Assembly (NCBI GenBank): GCA_963753425.1
Contig: CAVWCB010000004.1
Coordinates: forward strand, 28,801 to 92,800
Length of the DNA: 64,000 bases
Source of the DNA: an uncultured Actinomycetota bacterium
Lineage (GTDB): Bacteria > Actinomycetota > Actinomycetes > Actinomycetales > Cellulomonadaceae
Direction of reading: 5' to 3'
Within the stretch, counting starts at the first letter, position 1. Every line of letters begins with the position of its first letter. This document shows positions 51,926-64,000 of the stretch, in pieces. The notes under the pieces are model-generated. The model worked only from the letters and a program-made list of their open reading frames with translations, did no database searches and was not told the DNA's origin. The translations under genes and the position numbers were made by a program.

Positions 51926-52507
51926 ATGATGTCCAACCCGTCCGCCGCCGAACTCTCGGCGCAGATCAAGCGCGTGTGGTGGGTGCCCGTCGTCCGCGGC
52001 GTGTTCCTGCTGATCCTGGGCTTCATCATGCTCGCCAACCCGCTGTGGTCGGTGAAGGCGCTCGTGTGGATCTTCGGGGTCTTCGCGATCCTCGACGGCA
52101 TCATCGCCCTCACGGAGTGGTTCACGAATCGCAAGGAAGCCGGAGCGGGCTGGTGGCTCGTCTCCGGTCTGGTCAGCCTCGCGATCGGCATCGTCGCCGT
52201 CGTGTGGCCCGGCCCGACGGCCAGCGTGATCTTCTACCTCATCGCGATCTGGGTGCTGCTGCTCGGCATCCTGCAGATCATCGCGTCCGTCCTCCGCTAC
52301 CGCGCGAAGGACGACGGCTGGGCCTGGGTGCTCACGTCCGGGCTGGTCTCGTTCCTGTTCGGCCTGATCATGATCACGCACCAGGAGACGTCGGCGAAGG
52401 TCATCGTCATCATCCTGGGCCTGTTCGCGTTCGTCGCGGGCGTCCTCCTGGTCGTCGGCGGCTTCGCGACGAAGAGCATCGGCAGGAAGCTCGGCACGAC
52501 GGTCTGA
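51926..52507 (+). CDS. HdeD/DUF308 family membrane protein
   Basis: WWVPVVRGVFLLILG and repeated DUF308-like hydrophobic segments. Confidence 0.8.
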   Translation: MMSNPSAAELSAQIKRVWWVPVVRGVFLLILGFIMLANPLWSVKALVWIFGVFAILDGIIALTEWFTNRKEAGAGWWLVSGLVSLAIGIVAVVWPGPTASVIFYLIAIWVLLLGILQIIASVLRYRAKDDGWAWVLTSGLVSFLFGLIMITHQETSAKVIVIILGLFAFVAGVLLVVGGFATKSIGRKLGTTV

Positions 52508-52519
52508 CACCTGCCGTCG

Positions 52520-53350
52520 CTAGTTGACGTGCAGTGCCGCGAGCCAGGCGGCGGGGATCAGCGAGTAGCCGACGAACACGACCGTGTCCATGATCGTGTG
52601 CGCGACGACCAACGGCATGACCCGCCGCCTGCGCGTGTAGTAGAACGCGAACAGCACGCCCATGATCGCGTTGCCGACGAACCCGCCCCACCCCTGGTAC
52701 AGGTGGTACGAGCCGCGCAGCAGGGCGCTGGCCGCGATGATCACGGGCACCTTCCAGCGCAGCTCACCGAGCCGCTCCATGAGGTAGCCGACGACGATCA
52801 CCTCCTCGAGCAGCGCGTTCTGCAGGGCCGCGAGGAGCAGGACGGGGATGGTCCACCACGCGGCGTTGAGCGCCGAGGCCTGCACCTCGACGGCGAGCCC
52901 GAGCGCGCGGGCGCCGGCGTAGAGCGCCAGGCCGGGAATCCCGATGCAGGCGGCGAGCGCGACGCCGACGCCGAGGTCGCGCAACGGTCGCGTGAACGTC
53001 AGGCCGATGCGACGGACCGCGGACCGGCCGTTGGCGGACAGCAGGTAGAGGGCCAGCGCGACGGGGATCAGCGCGAAGCCGATCTGCAGCATCTGGTAGG
53101 TCAGGTCGAGCCAGGGGCGCGGGGAGCGGCTGGGGTTGAGGGTCGTCGTCTGCGACCCGAGCGACTGCTCGCGCGTGAGCCGGTCGATGATCGCGACCAC
53201 CGCGTACAGCCCGGACTTGCCGAGCGAGAGCCCCAGCACGATCCAGATCTCGGTGGTGATCCGTCGCCGGTAGGCCTTCTCGCTGATCGGGGGCAGCGGC
53301 TCACGCATGGCGAGGGCCGTGCCGGTGCCGCGGGTCGTCGGCCCGGCCAT
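52520..53350 (-). CDS. CPBP family intramembrane glutamic endopeptidase
   Basis: NALLEEVIVVGY, RGSYHLYQG and PLVVAH motifs. Confidence 0.88.
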   Translation of the reverse strand: MAGPTTRGTGTALAMREPLPPISEKAYRRRITTEIWIVLGLSLGKSGLYAVVAIIDRLTREQSLGSQTTTLNPSRSPRPWLDLTYQMLQIGFALIPVALALYLLSANGRSAVRRIGLTFTRPLRDLGVGVALAACIGIPGLALYAGARALGLAVEVQASALNAAWWTIPVLLLAALQNALLEEVIVVGYLMERLGELRWKVPVIIAASALLRGSYHLYQGWGGFVGNAIMGVLFAFYYTRRRRVMPLVVAHTIMDTVVFVGYSLIPAAWLAALHVN

Positions 53351-53436
53351 CCGCGGGGGGCGTCAACGGCGCAGTCATGGCCCGAGACTAGGGGCGGTCG
53401 CTGAGGGTTTGCTGGACGCTCGCTGAAGGATCCTCG

Positions 53437-55820
<2,384 letters not shown>

Positions 55821-55824
<4 letters not shown>

Positions 55825-56054
55825 AGCAAGGACCTCCGCGGCGTCACCGCGTACCCGGCCTCGACGACCGCCTGGCTGACGTCGTCGTCGGACAGGGGTG
55901 CGTCCGACGTCACGGTGACGGTCGACGAGCCGCCGACGGTCAGCCGGATCGCGACGTCGTGCACGTGGGGGAGGGCGGACAGCTCGGTGGTGACCGCGGA
56001 GACGCAGTGGCCGCAGGTCATGCCGTCGACGCCGAACGTGGTGGTGGTGCTCAT
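55821..56054 (-). CDS. copZ: Copper chaperone
   Basis: GMTCGHC HMA domain. Confidence 0.9.
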
Positions 56055-56067
56055 GGCGGTGTGCTCC

Positions 56068-56349
56068 TCAGGAACGGACGAGCCGTGCGATGGCGTCGGA
56101 GGCCTCGCGGACCTTCGCCGCGCCCTCCTCGGGGGACTGGCGGGCGGCATCCACGACGCAGTGCGAGAGGTGGTCCTCGACCAGGCCGATCGAGACGGCC
56201 TGCAGGGCCTTCGTCACCGCGGCGATCTGCGTGAGGACGTCGATGCAGTACACGTCCTCGTCGACCATCCGGGCGATGCCGCGCACCTGGCCCTCGACGC
56301 GTCGCAGGCGCTTGAGGTAGTCGTCCTTGGCGTCGGTGTAGCCGTGCAT
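56068..56349 (-). CDS. csoR: Copper-sensing repressor
   Basis: RLRRVEGQVRG, YCIDVLTQ and HLSHCV motifs. Confidence 0.92.
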   Translation of the reverse strand: MHGYTDAKDDYLKRLRRVEGQVRGIARMVDEDVYCIDVLTQIAAVTKALQAVSIGLVEDHLSHCVVDAARQSPEEGAAKVREASDAIARLVRS

Positions 56350-56392
56350 GGGTGCTCCCGAGGGTGAAGGTGTCGTGTTTCGCGCAACCAGC

Positions 56393-56409
56393 ATACCCCT
56401 AGGGGGTAT
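56393..56409. promoter_or_regulatory. CsoR operator
   Basis: ATACCCCTAGGGGGTAT, a C-tract/G-tract palindrome upstream of csoR. Confidence 0.85.
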
Positions 56410-56441
56410 TCCGCGCGCGCCGAGGCGGCACAATCGACCGC

Positions 56442-56902
56442 ATGCGGGTCTCAGCGAAGGCGGACTATGCGGTGCGGGCGTGCGCCGAGCTGGCGGCGTC
56501 CCCGCAGGGTGACCCCGTCCGGGCCGACGACCTCGCCGCCGGGCAGCAGCTCCCGGTCGCGTTCCTCGAGCGGATCCTCGGCGACCTGCGCCGCGGCGAC
56601 GTCGTGGTCTCGGTGCGCGGCCGCTCGGGCGGCTACCGCCTGGCCCGGCCCGCCGACGGAGATCACGCTGGCCGACATCATCCGTGTCCGTCGACGGTCC
56701 GCTGGTCACCGTCCGCGACGAGCGCCCGACCGCCCTGGAGTACGCGGGCTCGGCCGAGGCGCTGCTCGAGGTCTGGGTGGCGCTGCGCGTGAGCGTCCGC
56801 GACGTCCTGGACCGCGTGACGCTCGCGAGCCTCGTCTCGGGCGAGCTCCCGCCGTCCGTCCACGACCTGGCCGCCCGCCACGACGCCTGGATCAACCCGT
56901 AG
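56442..56902 (+). CDS. Rrf2 family regulator (frameshifts near 56655-56690)
   Basis: MRVSAKADYAVRA, FLERIL, RGRSGGYRLARP, ITLADII and VTLASL motifs. Confidence 0.85.
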
Positions 56903-56943
56903 CGCGCGACCCGCTGGTCGTCTGCGCCGCCACACGGGCCCGT

Positions 56944-57177
56944 CAGCCACGACCGACCCTGCGGCACCTGGGACGGACGTGACACGGAGCAACTGGTGAG
57001 GCGACTCACCGGTCCCGACGGCCCCACGAGTCGAGCCGCAGGGTCGCCGAGTGGCGGCTGCGCGTGCGATCAGCCGCTGAGTGGCTGGGTGGTGGGCGTT
57101 GCTCAGAGGCGCCCAGGGCACACCAGTCCCACGCGTCACGAGCGGTGGGGCGCCGCACGGCTTCGCGACGAGCAACG
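56944..57177. other. Highly structured intergenic element (ncRNA or non-autonomous repeat candidate)
   Basis: At least six complementary stems, including a perfect 12-bp stem and a GCGA tetraloop hairpin. Confidence 0.45.
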
Positions 57178-57206
57178 ACACGCCGGCGCCGGCGCCCGCC
57201 GATCCC

Positions 57207-58549
57207 CTACGGCTGGGTGGCGCTCGCGGCCGCGTGGACGGCGGCCGGGAGGGCGCCGACGATGCGGTCGACGGCGGCGTCGTCGTGCGCGGACGAGACG
57301 AACCACGCCTCGAACGGCGACGGCGGCGCGTAGACGCCGGAGTCCAGCAGCGAGTGGAAGAACGGCGCGTAGCGCCACGACTCGGTGGCCCGCACGGCGT
57401 CGTAGTCGCGGACACCCTGGGCCGCCGACGCACCGAAGAACGTGCTGAACAGGTTGCCGGCCCACTGGATGGTGTGCGGCAGGCCCTCGCGGGCGAGCGC
57501 CCCGTTCAGCTCGGTGCGCAGGTGACCCGAGACGGCGTCGATGTGGTCGTACACGTCCTGGTCGGCCAGGCGAAGGGTGGCCAGACCCGCGGCCGTCGCC
57601 ACGGGGTTCCCGGACAGCGTGCCGGCCTGGTAGACGGGTCCGGTCGGGGCGAGCTGGCGCCATGACGTCGCGCCGACCGCCGACGGCCGCGACGGGCAGA
57701 CCGCCACCGATGACCTTGCCGAACGTGTAGAGGTCCGCCGACCAGCCCTCGCGCAGGCCCTCGAGCCCCCACCAGCCGGAGTACCCGACGCGGAACCCGG
57801 TGAGCACCTCGTCCTGGATGAGCAGCGCTCCGTTGGCGCCCGTGAGGCGGCGCAGCGCGGCGTTGAACCCGGGCAGCGGCGGGACGACGCCCATGTTGGC
57901 GGGCGACGCCTCGATGATGACGGCGGCGATGCGGCCCTCGTACTGGGCGAACGCGGCCTCGACGGCCTCGACGGAGTTGTACGGCAGGACGATCGTCTCG
58001 GCGGCGACCGCCGCGGACACGCCGGCCGAGTCCGGCAGGCCGAGGGTCGCGACGCCCGAGCCGGCAGCGGCCAGCAGCGCGTCGACGTGCCCGTGGTAGT
58101 GGCCGGCGAACTTGAGGATCAGGTCCCGGCCGGTGAACGCGCGCGCCAGCCGCAGCGCCGTCATCGTCGCCTCGGTCCCGGTGGAGACCAGCCGGACCTT
58201 CTCGGCGGGCGGCACGCGGAACCGGATCTCGTCGACGAGGTCGACCTCGGTGACCGTCGGCGCGCCGAAGCTCAGGCCGCGGCCCGGCCGCCTCGCGCAC
58301 GGCCTCGACCACCGCGGGGTGCGCGTGACCGAGCAGCGCGGGTCCCCACGAGCCGACCAGGTCGACGTACTCGTGCCCGTCCACGTCCGTGACGTACGGG
58401 CCGCGGGCCGAGGCGAGGAAGCGCGGCGTGCCGCCGACGTTGCCGTACGCGCGCACGGGGGAGTTCACCCCCCCGGGGATCACCGCCTGCGCGCGCTCGA
58501 AGGCGGCGGTGCTCTGGGTCAGGTCCGAGGTGGTGTCGTGGACGGTCAT
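57207..58549 (-). CDS. hemL: Glutamate-1-semialdehyde 2,1-aminomutase (frameshifts near 58285 and 57660)
   Basis: [33 protein letters not shown] and [10 protein letters not shown] motifs. Confidence 0.93.
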
Positions 58550-59532
58550 CAAATCTCCTCTGCCAGCCATCCGGCCAGCTCTGTCGCAGAGTACGTAAGC
58601 ACGTGATCGGCACCCGCGCGTCGGATGCTGAGCACGGACTCCAGAATCGCCCGTCTGCGCTCGATCCACCCGCGCTCGGCCGCTGCCTCGATCATCGCGT
58701 ACTCCCCCGACACCTGGTAGGCCGCGACGGGGACGGTGCTCGTGGCGGCGACGTCGGCGAGGATGTCGAGGTAGGCGAGCGCGGGCTTGACCATCACGAT
58801 GTCGGCCCCCTCGGCGATGTCGAGGGCGACCTCACGGACGGCTTCACGACGATTCGCCGGGTCCATCTGGTACGTCCGTCGGTCGCCGTCGAGCTGGGAC
58901 TCGACGGCGTCGCGGAAGGGTCCGTAGAACGCGGAGGCGTACTTGGCGGCATACGCGAGCACGGCGACGTCGTCGCGACCCGCGGCGTCCAGCGCGTCCC
59001 GCACGAACCCGACCTGGCCGTCCATCATCCCGGAGAGCCCCACCATGTGGGCGCCCGCCTCCGCCTGCGCGAGGGCCATCTCGGCGTAGCGCACCAGCGT
59101 GGCGTCGTTGTCGACGCGGCCGTCGCGGGTCAGCACGCCGCAGTGGCCGTGGTCGGTGAACTCGTCGAGGCACAGGTCGGCCTGCACGACGAGGGCGTCG
59201 CCGACCTCCGCGACCGTGTCGGCGATCGCGACGTTGAGGATGCCCGCCGGGTCGGTCGCCTGCGAGCCGACGGCATCGCGGACCGTGGGGATCGCGAACA
59301 GCATGACGCCGCCCAGGCCCGCACCGGCGGCCTCGGCCACGGCCTTGCGCAGCGAGTCGCGGGAGTGCTGGTAGACGCCCGGCATCGACGCGATCGCGTG
59401 CGGCTCGGTCAGCCCCTCCTTGACGAACACCGGCAGGACGAGCTGCGACGCGTGCAACCGGGTCTCGGCGGTCAGGCGGCGCATGGCCGGGGTCGCGCGC
59501 AGCCGGCGCGGGCGGATGCGGCGGGCGGTCAC
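58549..59532 (-). CDS. hemB: Porphobilinogen synthase
   Basis: [28 protein letters not shown] and AYQVSGEY motifs. Confidence 0.95.
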   Translation of the reverse strand: MTARRIRPRRLRATPAMRRLTAETRLHASQLVLPVFVKEGLTEPHAIASMPGVYQHSRDSLRKAVAEAAGAGLGGVMLFAIPTVRDAVGSQATDPAGILNVAIADTVAEVGDALVVQADLCLDEFTDHGHCGVLTRDGRVDNDATLVRYAEMALAQAEAGAHMVGLSGMMDGQVGFVRDALDAAGRDDVAVLAYAAKYASAFYGPFRDAVESQLDGDRRTYQMDPANRREAVREVALDIAEGADIVMVKPALAYLDILADVAATSTVPVAAYQVSGEYAMIEAAAERGWIERRRAILESVLSIRRAGADHVLTYSATELAGWLAEEI

Positions 59533-60324
59533 GGGAGCTCCTCGGGGCTGGGGATCTGTTCGGGCATGACGGTGTTCGCGGCCTTCGTCAGGGCGTCGAC
59601 CAGGCCGGTCATGGTCTGCTCGGTGGCGACGCCGGCGAGCGGGAGGCCCAGGCGGGCGGCCTCGGCGGCGGTGCGTCGGGCCGATGCCGACCAGGAGCGT
59701 GCTCGTGGGTGGTGGGCCGAGCTGGCTGTTGAGCTCGCGGACGGTGCTGGCCGACGTGAGCAGGGCGCCGCGGATGGACCCGTCGACCCAGGCCTCGCGG
59801 ATGTCGGCCGAGGGGGCCTGCGCGGCGACGGTCCGGTAGGCGATCACGTCGTCCACCCGCCAGCCGCGCGCGCGCAAGCCCTCGGCAAGGGTGGGCGCGG
59901 CGAGGTCGCCGCGGGGGAACAGGACGCGCGGGCGGTCCGTCGCCGGGGCCGGGAACCGCCCGACCAGCGCGCTCGCGGTCGACTCGCCCGAGGGGACGAG
60001 GTCCACGGCGATCCCTGCCTCTCGGAGCGCCCGGGCCGTGCCCGGCCCCACGGCGGCGACGCGCACGTTCGCGACGTCCAGGCCGCGCTCGACGAGGATC
60101 GGGACGGCGGCGGCGCTGGTCAGGACCAGCCACTCGTACCAGCCGGCCGCGAGCGCCAGGAGGGCGTCGTCGAGCGGCGTGGTGTCCTGCGGTGGCACGG
60201 TCTCGATGAGGGGGACGACGACGGCCTCGGCCCCCGCGGCCGCGAGCGCGACGACGGCGGGGCTGCGGCCGGCGGTCGGTCGGGGGACCAGGACGCGCCA
60301 GCCGGCGAGCGGGAGCGCCGTCAC
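59529..60324 (-). CDS. hemD: Uroporphyrinogen-III synthase (frameshift near 59675)
   Basis: [24 protein letters not shown] and IGPT motifs. Confidence 0.88.
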
Positions 60325-61260
60325 AGGACCGCACCCAGGCCGGCGAGCTCGGCGGCGCCGTGCTGCAGGAGCTCGTCGGCGAGGAGCGTGCCCAGGCGCC
60401 GGGCATCGTCTGGCGTCTGCGCGGGCAGGGACATCCCGCGCCGGAGCGTCGCGGTGCCGTCGGGACGCGTGACGACGGCGTCGAGGCGCAGCGTGCTGCC
60501 GGTCAGCTCTGCCCACGCGCCGATCGGCGCGGCGCAGCCGGCCTCGAGGCGCGCGAGCAGGGCGCGTTCGGCGGTGACGGCGAGCCGGGTGGGTCGGTGG
60601 TCGAGTGCGGCGAGGGCCTGCGCGAGGGGTCCGTCGACGTCGGGAGCATGCGAGCGGACCTCGATCGCCAGCGCGCCCTGTCCCGGGGCCGGCGCCATGA
60701 CGTCCGGGTCGAACGCCTCGGTCACGGAGTCCAGGCGACCCAGGCGGGCCAGGCCCGCGCGCGCGAGCACCACGGCGTCGAGGTCGGTGCCGATCCGGCC
60801 GAGGCGGGTGTCGACGTTGCCGCGGATGTCGACGACGTCCAGGTCCGGGCGGGCAGCGAGGAGCTGGGCCCGGCGGCGGGGCGATCCCGTGCCGACGCGC
60901 GCGCCCGGCGGCAGCTCGAGCAAGCGTGCGTCCGCCGCGCGCGCACAGCGCGTCGGCCGGGTCCTCGCGCAGCGGGATCGCGCCGAGGACGAGTCCGTCG
61001 GCGTCGCCCGTCGGCAGGTCCTTGAGCGAGTGCACCGCGACGTCGCACCGACCGTCGAGCAGCGCGTCCCGCAGGGCGGTGACGAAGACCCCTGTGCCGC
61101 CGAGGGTTGCGAGCGAACCCCGGAGCCGGTCGCCGTCCGTGCGGACGTGGACCGTCTCGAACGTCAGGTTGCCGAGCGCGGTGAGCGCATCGACCACGTG
61201 ACCCGTCTGCGTCGTCGCGAGCACGCTTGCGCGGGTCCCGACGAGCACGTGCTGAGGCAT
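60321..61260 (-). CDS. hemC: Hydroxymethylbilane synthase (frameshift near 60925)
   Basis: [38 protein letters not shown] and EAGCAAP motifs. Confidence 0.93.
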
Positions 61261-61278
61261 GTCGTCCAGTCTCCCCCG

Positions 61279-61651
61279 CTACCTGCGCCGCGCGAAACGC
61301 AGCGCCGACAGGCACGGCCACGAGGACCACCCCGAGCACGACGAGCCCGGCTGCCCACCACGTGCTGCTCGGCGCGAACAGCTCGGCGGTGACCCCGGGC
61401 TCGCGGGCCCAGTGGCACGTCAGTCCGCCCGGCAGGAAGTGTCGGGTGACGGTCACCGGGCCGAGGTCGGACCCTGGCTCGAGGCCGCGGGCGGCGGTGC
61501 ACTGCGCGACGGCGTTCCACGGTCCGACCAGGAGCAGCACGTACGAGAGGACGCCCAGCAGCACGAGCATCAGGCCGAAGGCGACGGTCAGGAGCGGGAG
61601 CAGGCAGCCGACGATCCGCCGAGGGCGTGCGGGGGCGGCGTCAGGAGTCAT
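61279..61651 (-). CDS. Hypothetical 2-TM membrane protein (3' end inferred from a probable frameshift)
   Basis: Two hydrophobic segments flank a loop with two Cys; TAG at 61279 in the adjacent frame. Confidence 0.5.
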
Positions 61652-61697
61652 CGCCGGACGACGTTATCGGGTGCTCGGTATTTCGTCGCGACCCGGT

Positions 61698-61736
61698 CCT
61701 GACAATCTGTCAGGTAAATTCGCTGAGGGCACCCTA
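61698..61736 (-). promoter_or_regulatory. Palindrome and possible internal promoter in an AT-richer spacer
   Basis: CCTGACAATCTGTCAGG (61698-61714); minus-strand TAGGGT at 61731-61736. Confidence 0.4.
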
Positions 61737-61778
61737 AGAATGTGACCGACGCCATTCTCGTTTTTATCCGGCAACTCG

Positions 61779-63128
61779 TCAGAAAGCGTCGCGGACGTCA
61801 TTTGTGCCCAATACCCGCAGCGCGGCGCTCCGGGCGTCGGGCACGACGGACGCGAGTCCGTTCCCCGCCACCCACGCGCCGCACACGGCCGCGCCGGGCA
61901 GCTCGGCGACGGCCGCCCGCACCTGCGCGACGGCGGCCCGGTGCGTGGCGCTCGGTCGCGGCAGCGCTTGCGACCAGCGCACGGTCGCGTGCCCGAGCAC
62001 CTGGTCCCGCCCGAGCGGCACGCCGAGCAGCGTGCTCGCGTCCCGAAGCGCGGTGTCGACCGTCGGTGCGGCGTCCGACGTGCCGGCGCGGCCGTAGGAC
62101 AGGCGGACCACGTGCCGGCCCGGCCCCGCGTCTCGCGCCAGCCAGGCCCACTTTGCGGTGCCGTGCGTGAGTGCCTTGGCCGAGACGTCACTGACGCCGG
62201 GCGGCACCAGGACGCCCGTTCCGCGGGGGGCGCCGTCGAGCGCCGGTGCCTGGAGCACGAGGGTGACCAGGGTGACCTCGGCCCCGGGGTCCGTCGCCGC
62301 GACGTCGAGACCCAGCAGCACGGGAGCCTGTGGGGTGGCGAGCACGAGGCGGTGCGCGGACTCGTCGGGCCCGTCGTTCGTCACCTGCCAGACGTCGTCG
62401 ACCCGGCGGGTGGCGCGCACGGTGACGCCCGTCCGGACCTCGCCGCCGTGGGCGCGTACGTCGGCGACGAGGGCGTCCACCAGCAGGTGCATCCCGCCGT
62501 CGATCCCCTGCGCGGCGGCTCCGGCCGGCGCGCTGGCGCGCAGGGTGCGCACCGCGCGGGCGAGCGACCCGCGGTTCCGCGCGCCCGAGAGGCCCGGTGC
62601 CACGGCGTCGACCGCGAGGTCGTCCGGGTCGGCCGCGTGCACCCCGCCGACGATCGGGCGCACCAGACGGTCCAGGACGCGAGCACCCATGCGACGTCGC
62701 ACGAGCGCGCCCAACGTCGGCGGGTCGTCCGTGCGCGGCAGGACCAGGTCGAGGGACGCCCGCAGGGCCCCGACCACACCGAGGGTCCGGCGGACGTCGG
62801 ATGCCCACGGGTGCCCGGGAATGCCGAGCAGGCCGGTGCGCGGGAGCGGCCCGTCACCTGACGTCAGGTGCACCCACGAGCCCACGGGTTCGGGCGAGAC
62901 CACCGGCAGACCCAGCTCCTCCAGCAGCGCCGCGACCGCGCCCTGGCGGGTGGCAAACGACTCAGCCCCGGCGTCGAGTCCCACGCCGGCAACGGTGTGC
63001 CCGCGGACCGCTCCCCCAGCGACGGGCTCCGCCTCGAGCACCAGGACTCGCAGCCCGTGCCGGCCGAGCTCCCGGGCAGCGACCAGTCCGGCGACACCGC
63101 CGCCGACGACGATCGCGTCCCAGGTCAC
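61779..63128 (-). CDS. hemG: Coproporphyrinogen/protoporphyrinogen oxidase (HemY-type)
   Basis: [12 protein letters not shown] motif, [14 protein letters not shown] and GAWVAGNGL motifs. Confidence 0.88.
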   Translation of the reverse strand: MTWDAIVVGGGVAGLVAARELGRHGLRVLVLEAEPVAGGAVRGHTVAGVGLDAGAESFATRQGAVAALLEELGLPVVSPEPVGSWVHLTSGDGPLPRTGLLGIPGHPWASDVRRTLGVVGALRASLDLVLPRTDDPPTLGALVRRRMGARVLDRLVRPIVGGVHAADPDDLAVDAVAPGLSGARNRGSLARAVRTLRASAPAGAAAQGIDGGMHLLVDALVADVRAHGGEVRTGVTVRATRRVDDVWQVTNDGPDESAHRLVLATPQAPVLLGLDVAATDPGAEVTLVTLVLQAPALDGAPRGTGVLVPPGVSDVSAKALTHGTAKWAWLARDAGPGRHVVRLSYGRAGTSDAAPTVDTALRDASTLLGVPLGRDQVLGHATVRWSQALPRPSATHRAAVAQVRAAVAELPGAAVCGAWVAGNGLASVVPDARSAALRVLGTNDVRDAF

Positions 63129-63135
63129 GTGCGGG

Positions 63136-64000
63136 TCAGATCCCGTGGACGAGCTCGACGATGCGCGTCAGCACGGTCGGGTCGGTGTCCGGCGGGACCC
63201 CGTGGCCGAGGTTCACGACGTGCCCCGGCGCGCTCTCGCCGCGGGCCACGACGTCGCGGACGTGGGCCTCCAGGACCGGCCACGGGGCGGCCAGCAGCGC
63301 GGGGTCGATGTTGCCCTGCAGCGGCGTGCTGCCGCCCAGTCGACGGTTCGCCTCGTCCAGCGGCAGCCGGTAGTCGACGCCGACGACGTCCGCCCCGACG
63401 TCGCGCATCGCGCCCAGCAGCTCGCTGGTGCCGGTGCCGAAGTGGACCTTCTTCACGCCCAGGTCGCCGATGTGGCCCAGCGCCCGCGACGAGGCGGGGG
63501 CGACGTGCGCCGTGTAGTCCGACAGGCCCAGCGAGCCGGCCCACGAGTCGAACAGCTGCGCCGCGGACGCCCCGGCAAGCACCTGCGCCCGCAGGAACGC
63601 GCCCGGTGACGTCGGCCGCCCAGTCGGTCAGCTCGGCCCAGGTGACCGGGTCGGCGTGCATCAGCGTGCGGGCAGCCAGGTGGTCGCGCGACGGCCCGCC
63701 CTCGACGAGGTAGGCCGCGAGCGTGAACGGGGCGCCGGCGAACCCGACGAGCGGCGTCTCGCCCAGGGCGTCGACGGTGAGGGCGACGCCCTCGGACACG
63801 GGGGCGAGCGCTTCGGGGGTGAGGGACCCGAGGTCGCGCAGCCGAGCCACGTCGTCGCGCGTGCGCACCGCCGACCCCATGACCGGTCCGACGCCCGGCT
63901 TGATCTCCACGTCGACCCCCGCGAGCTTGAGCGGGACGACGATGTCGGAGAAGAAGATCGCGGCATCGACGTCATGCCGACGGACCGGCTGCAGGGTGAT
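63136..64000 (-). CDS. hemE: Uroporphyrinogen decarboxylase (5' truncated; frameshift near 63600)
   Basis: [33 protein letters not shown] and NLGHG motifs. Confidence 0.93.

Noticed and set aside
56944-57177. RNase P, tmRNA, SRP, SAM/cobalamin riboswitch or hammerhead ribozyme
   Set aside because: I could not find their signature motifs on either strand.
58549-61260. 903-aa HemC-HemD-HemB fusion in the ORF track
   Set aside because: It contains out-of-frame stretches produced by frameshifts. Separate stops at 60321 and 59529 with GTGA overlaps show three genes.

Overview
High-GC actinobacterial chromosomal segment; gene content resembles Cellulomonas/Micrococcales (inference). It holds about 65 mostly housekeeping or accessory genes, and I found no rRNA, tRNA, CRISPR array, transposase or phage genes. 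Main blocks: (1) secreted GH13 alpha-amylase (CBM25+CBM20) with a LacI regulator and operator; (2) a membrane ORF ending in RGPP followed by ycnI-copC copper genes; (3) glutaminase, AlkA-like glycosylase, SNF2 ATPase and transporters; (4) a secreted GH55-like beta-1,3-glucanase with a tandem palindromic operator; (5) two YciI/DGPF-ECF42 sigma pairs with matching promoters; (6) a SigK-type module (sigK-rskA, fasciclin/MPT83-like, dipZ) with three matching promoters; (7) a c-di-GMP-I riboswitch in front of an unannotated 51-aa ORF; (8) csoR-copZ-copA with a CsoR operator; (9) a ~235-nt structured intergenic element; (10) the heme cluster hemE-hemG-(membrane ORF)-hemC-hemD-hemB-hemL. About 18 genes, including heme genes, have single-base frameshifts, most likely long-read assembly errors. 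The best candidate for an undescribed system is the His/Met/Cys-rich membrane leader ORF with a C-terminal RGPP ribosome-arrest-like motif and an SD-occluding hairpin upstream of ycnI-copC. Next are the riboswitch-controlled small protein and the structured element. All family assignments come from motif recognition; no database searches were run.
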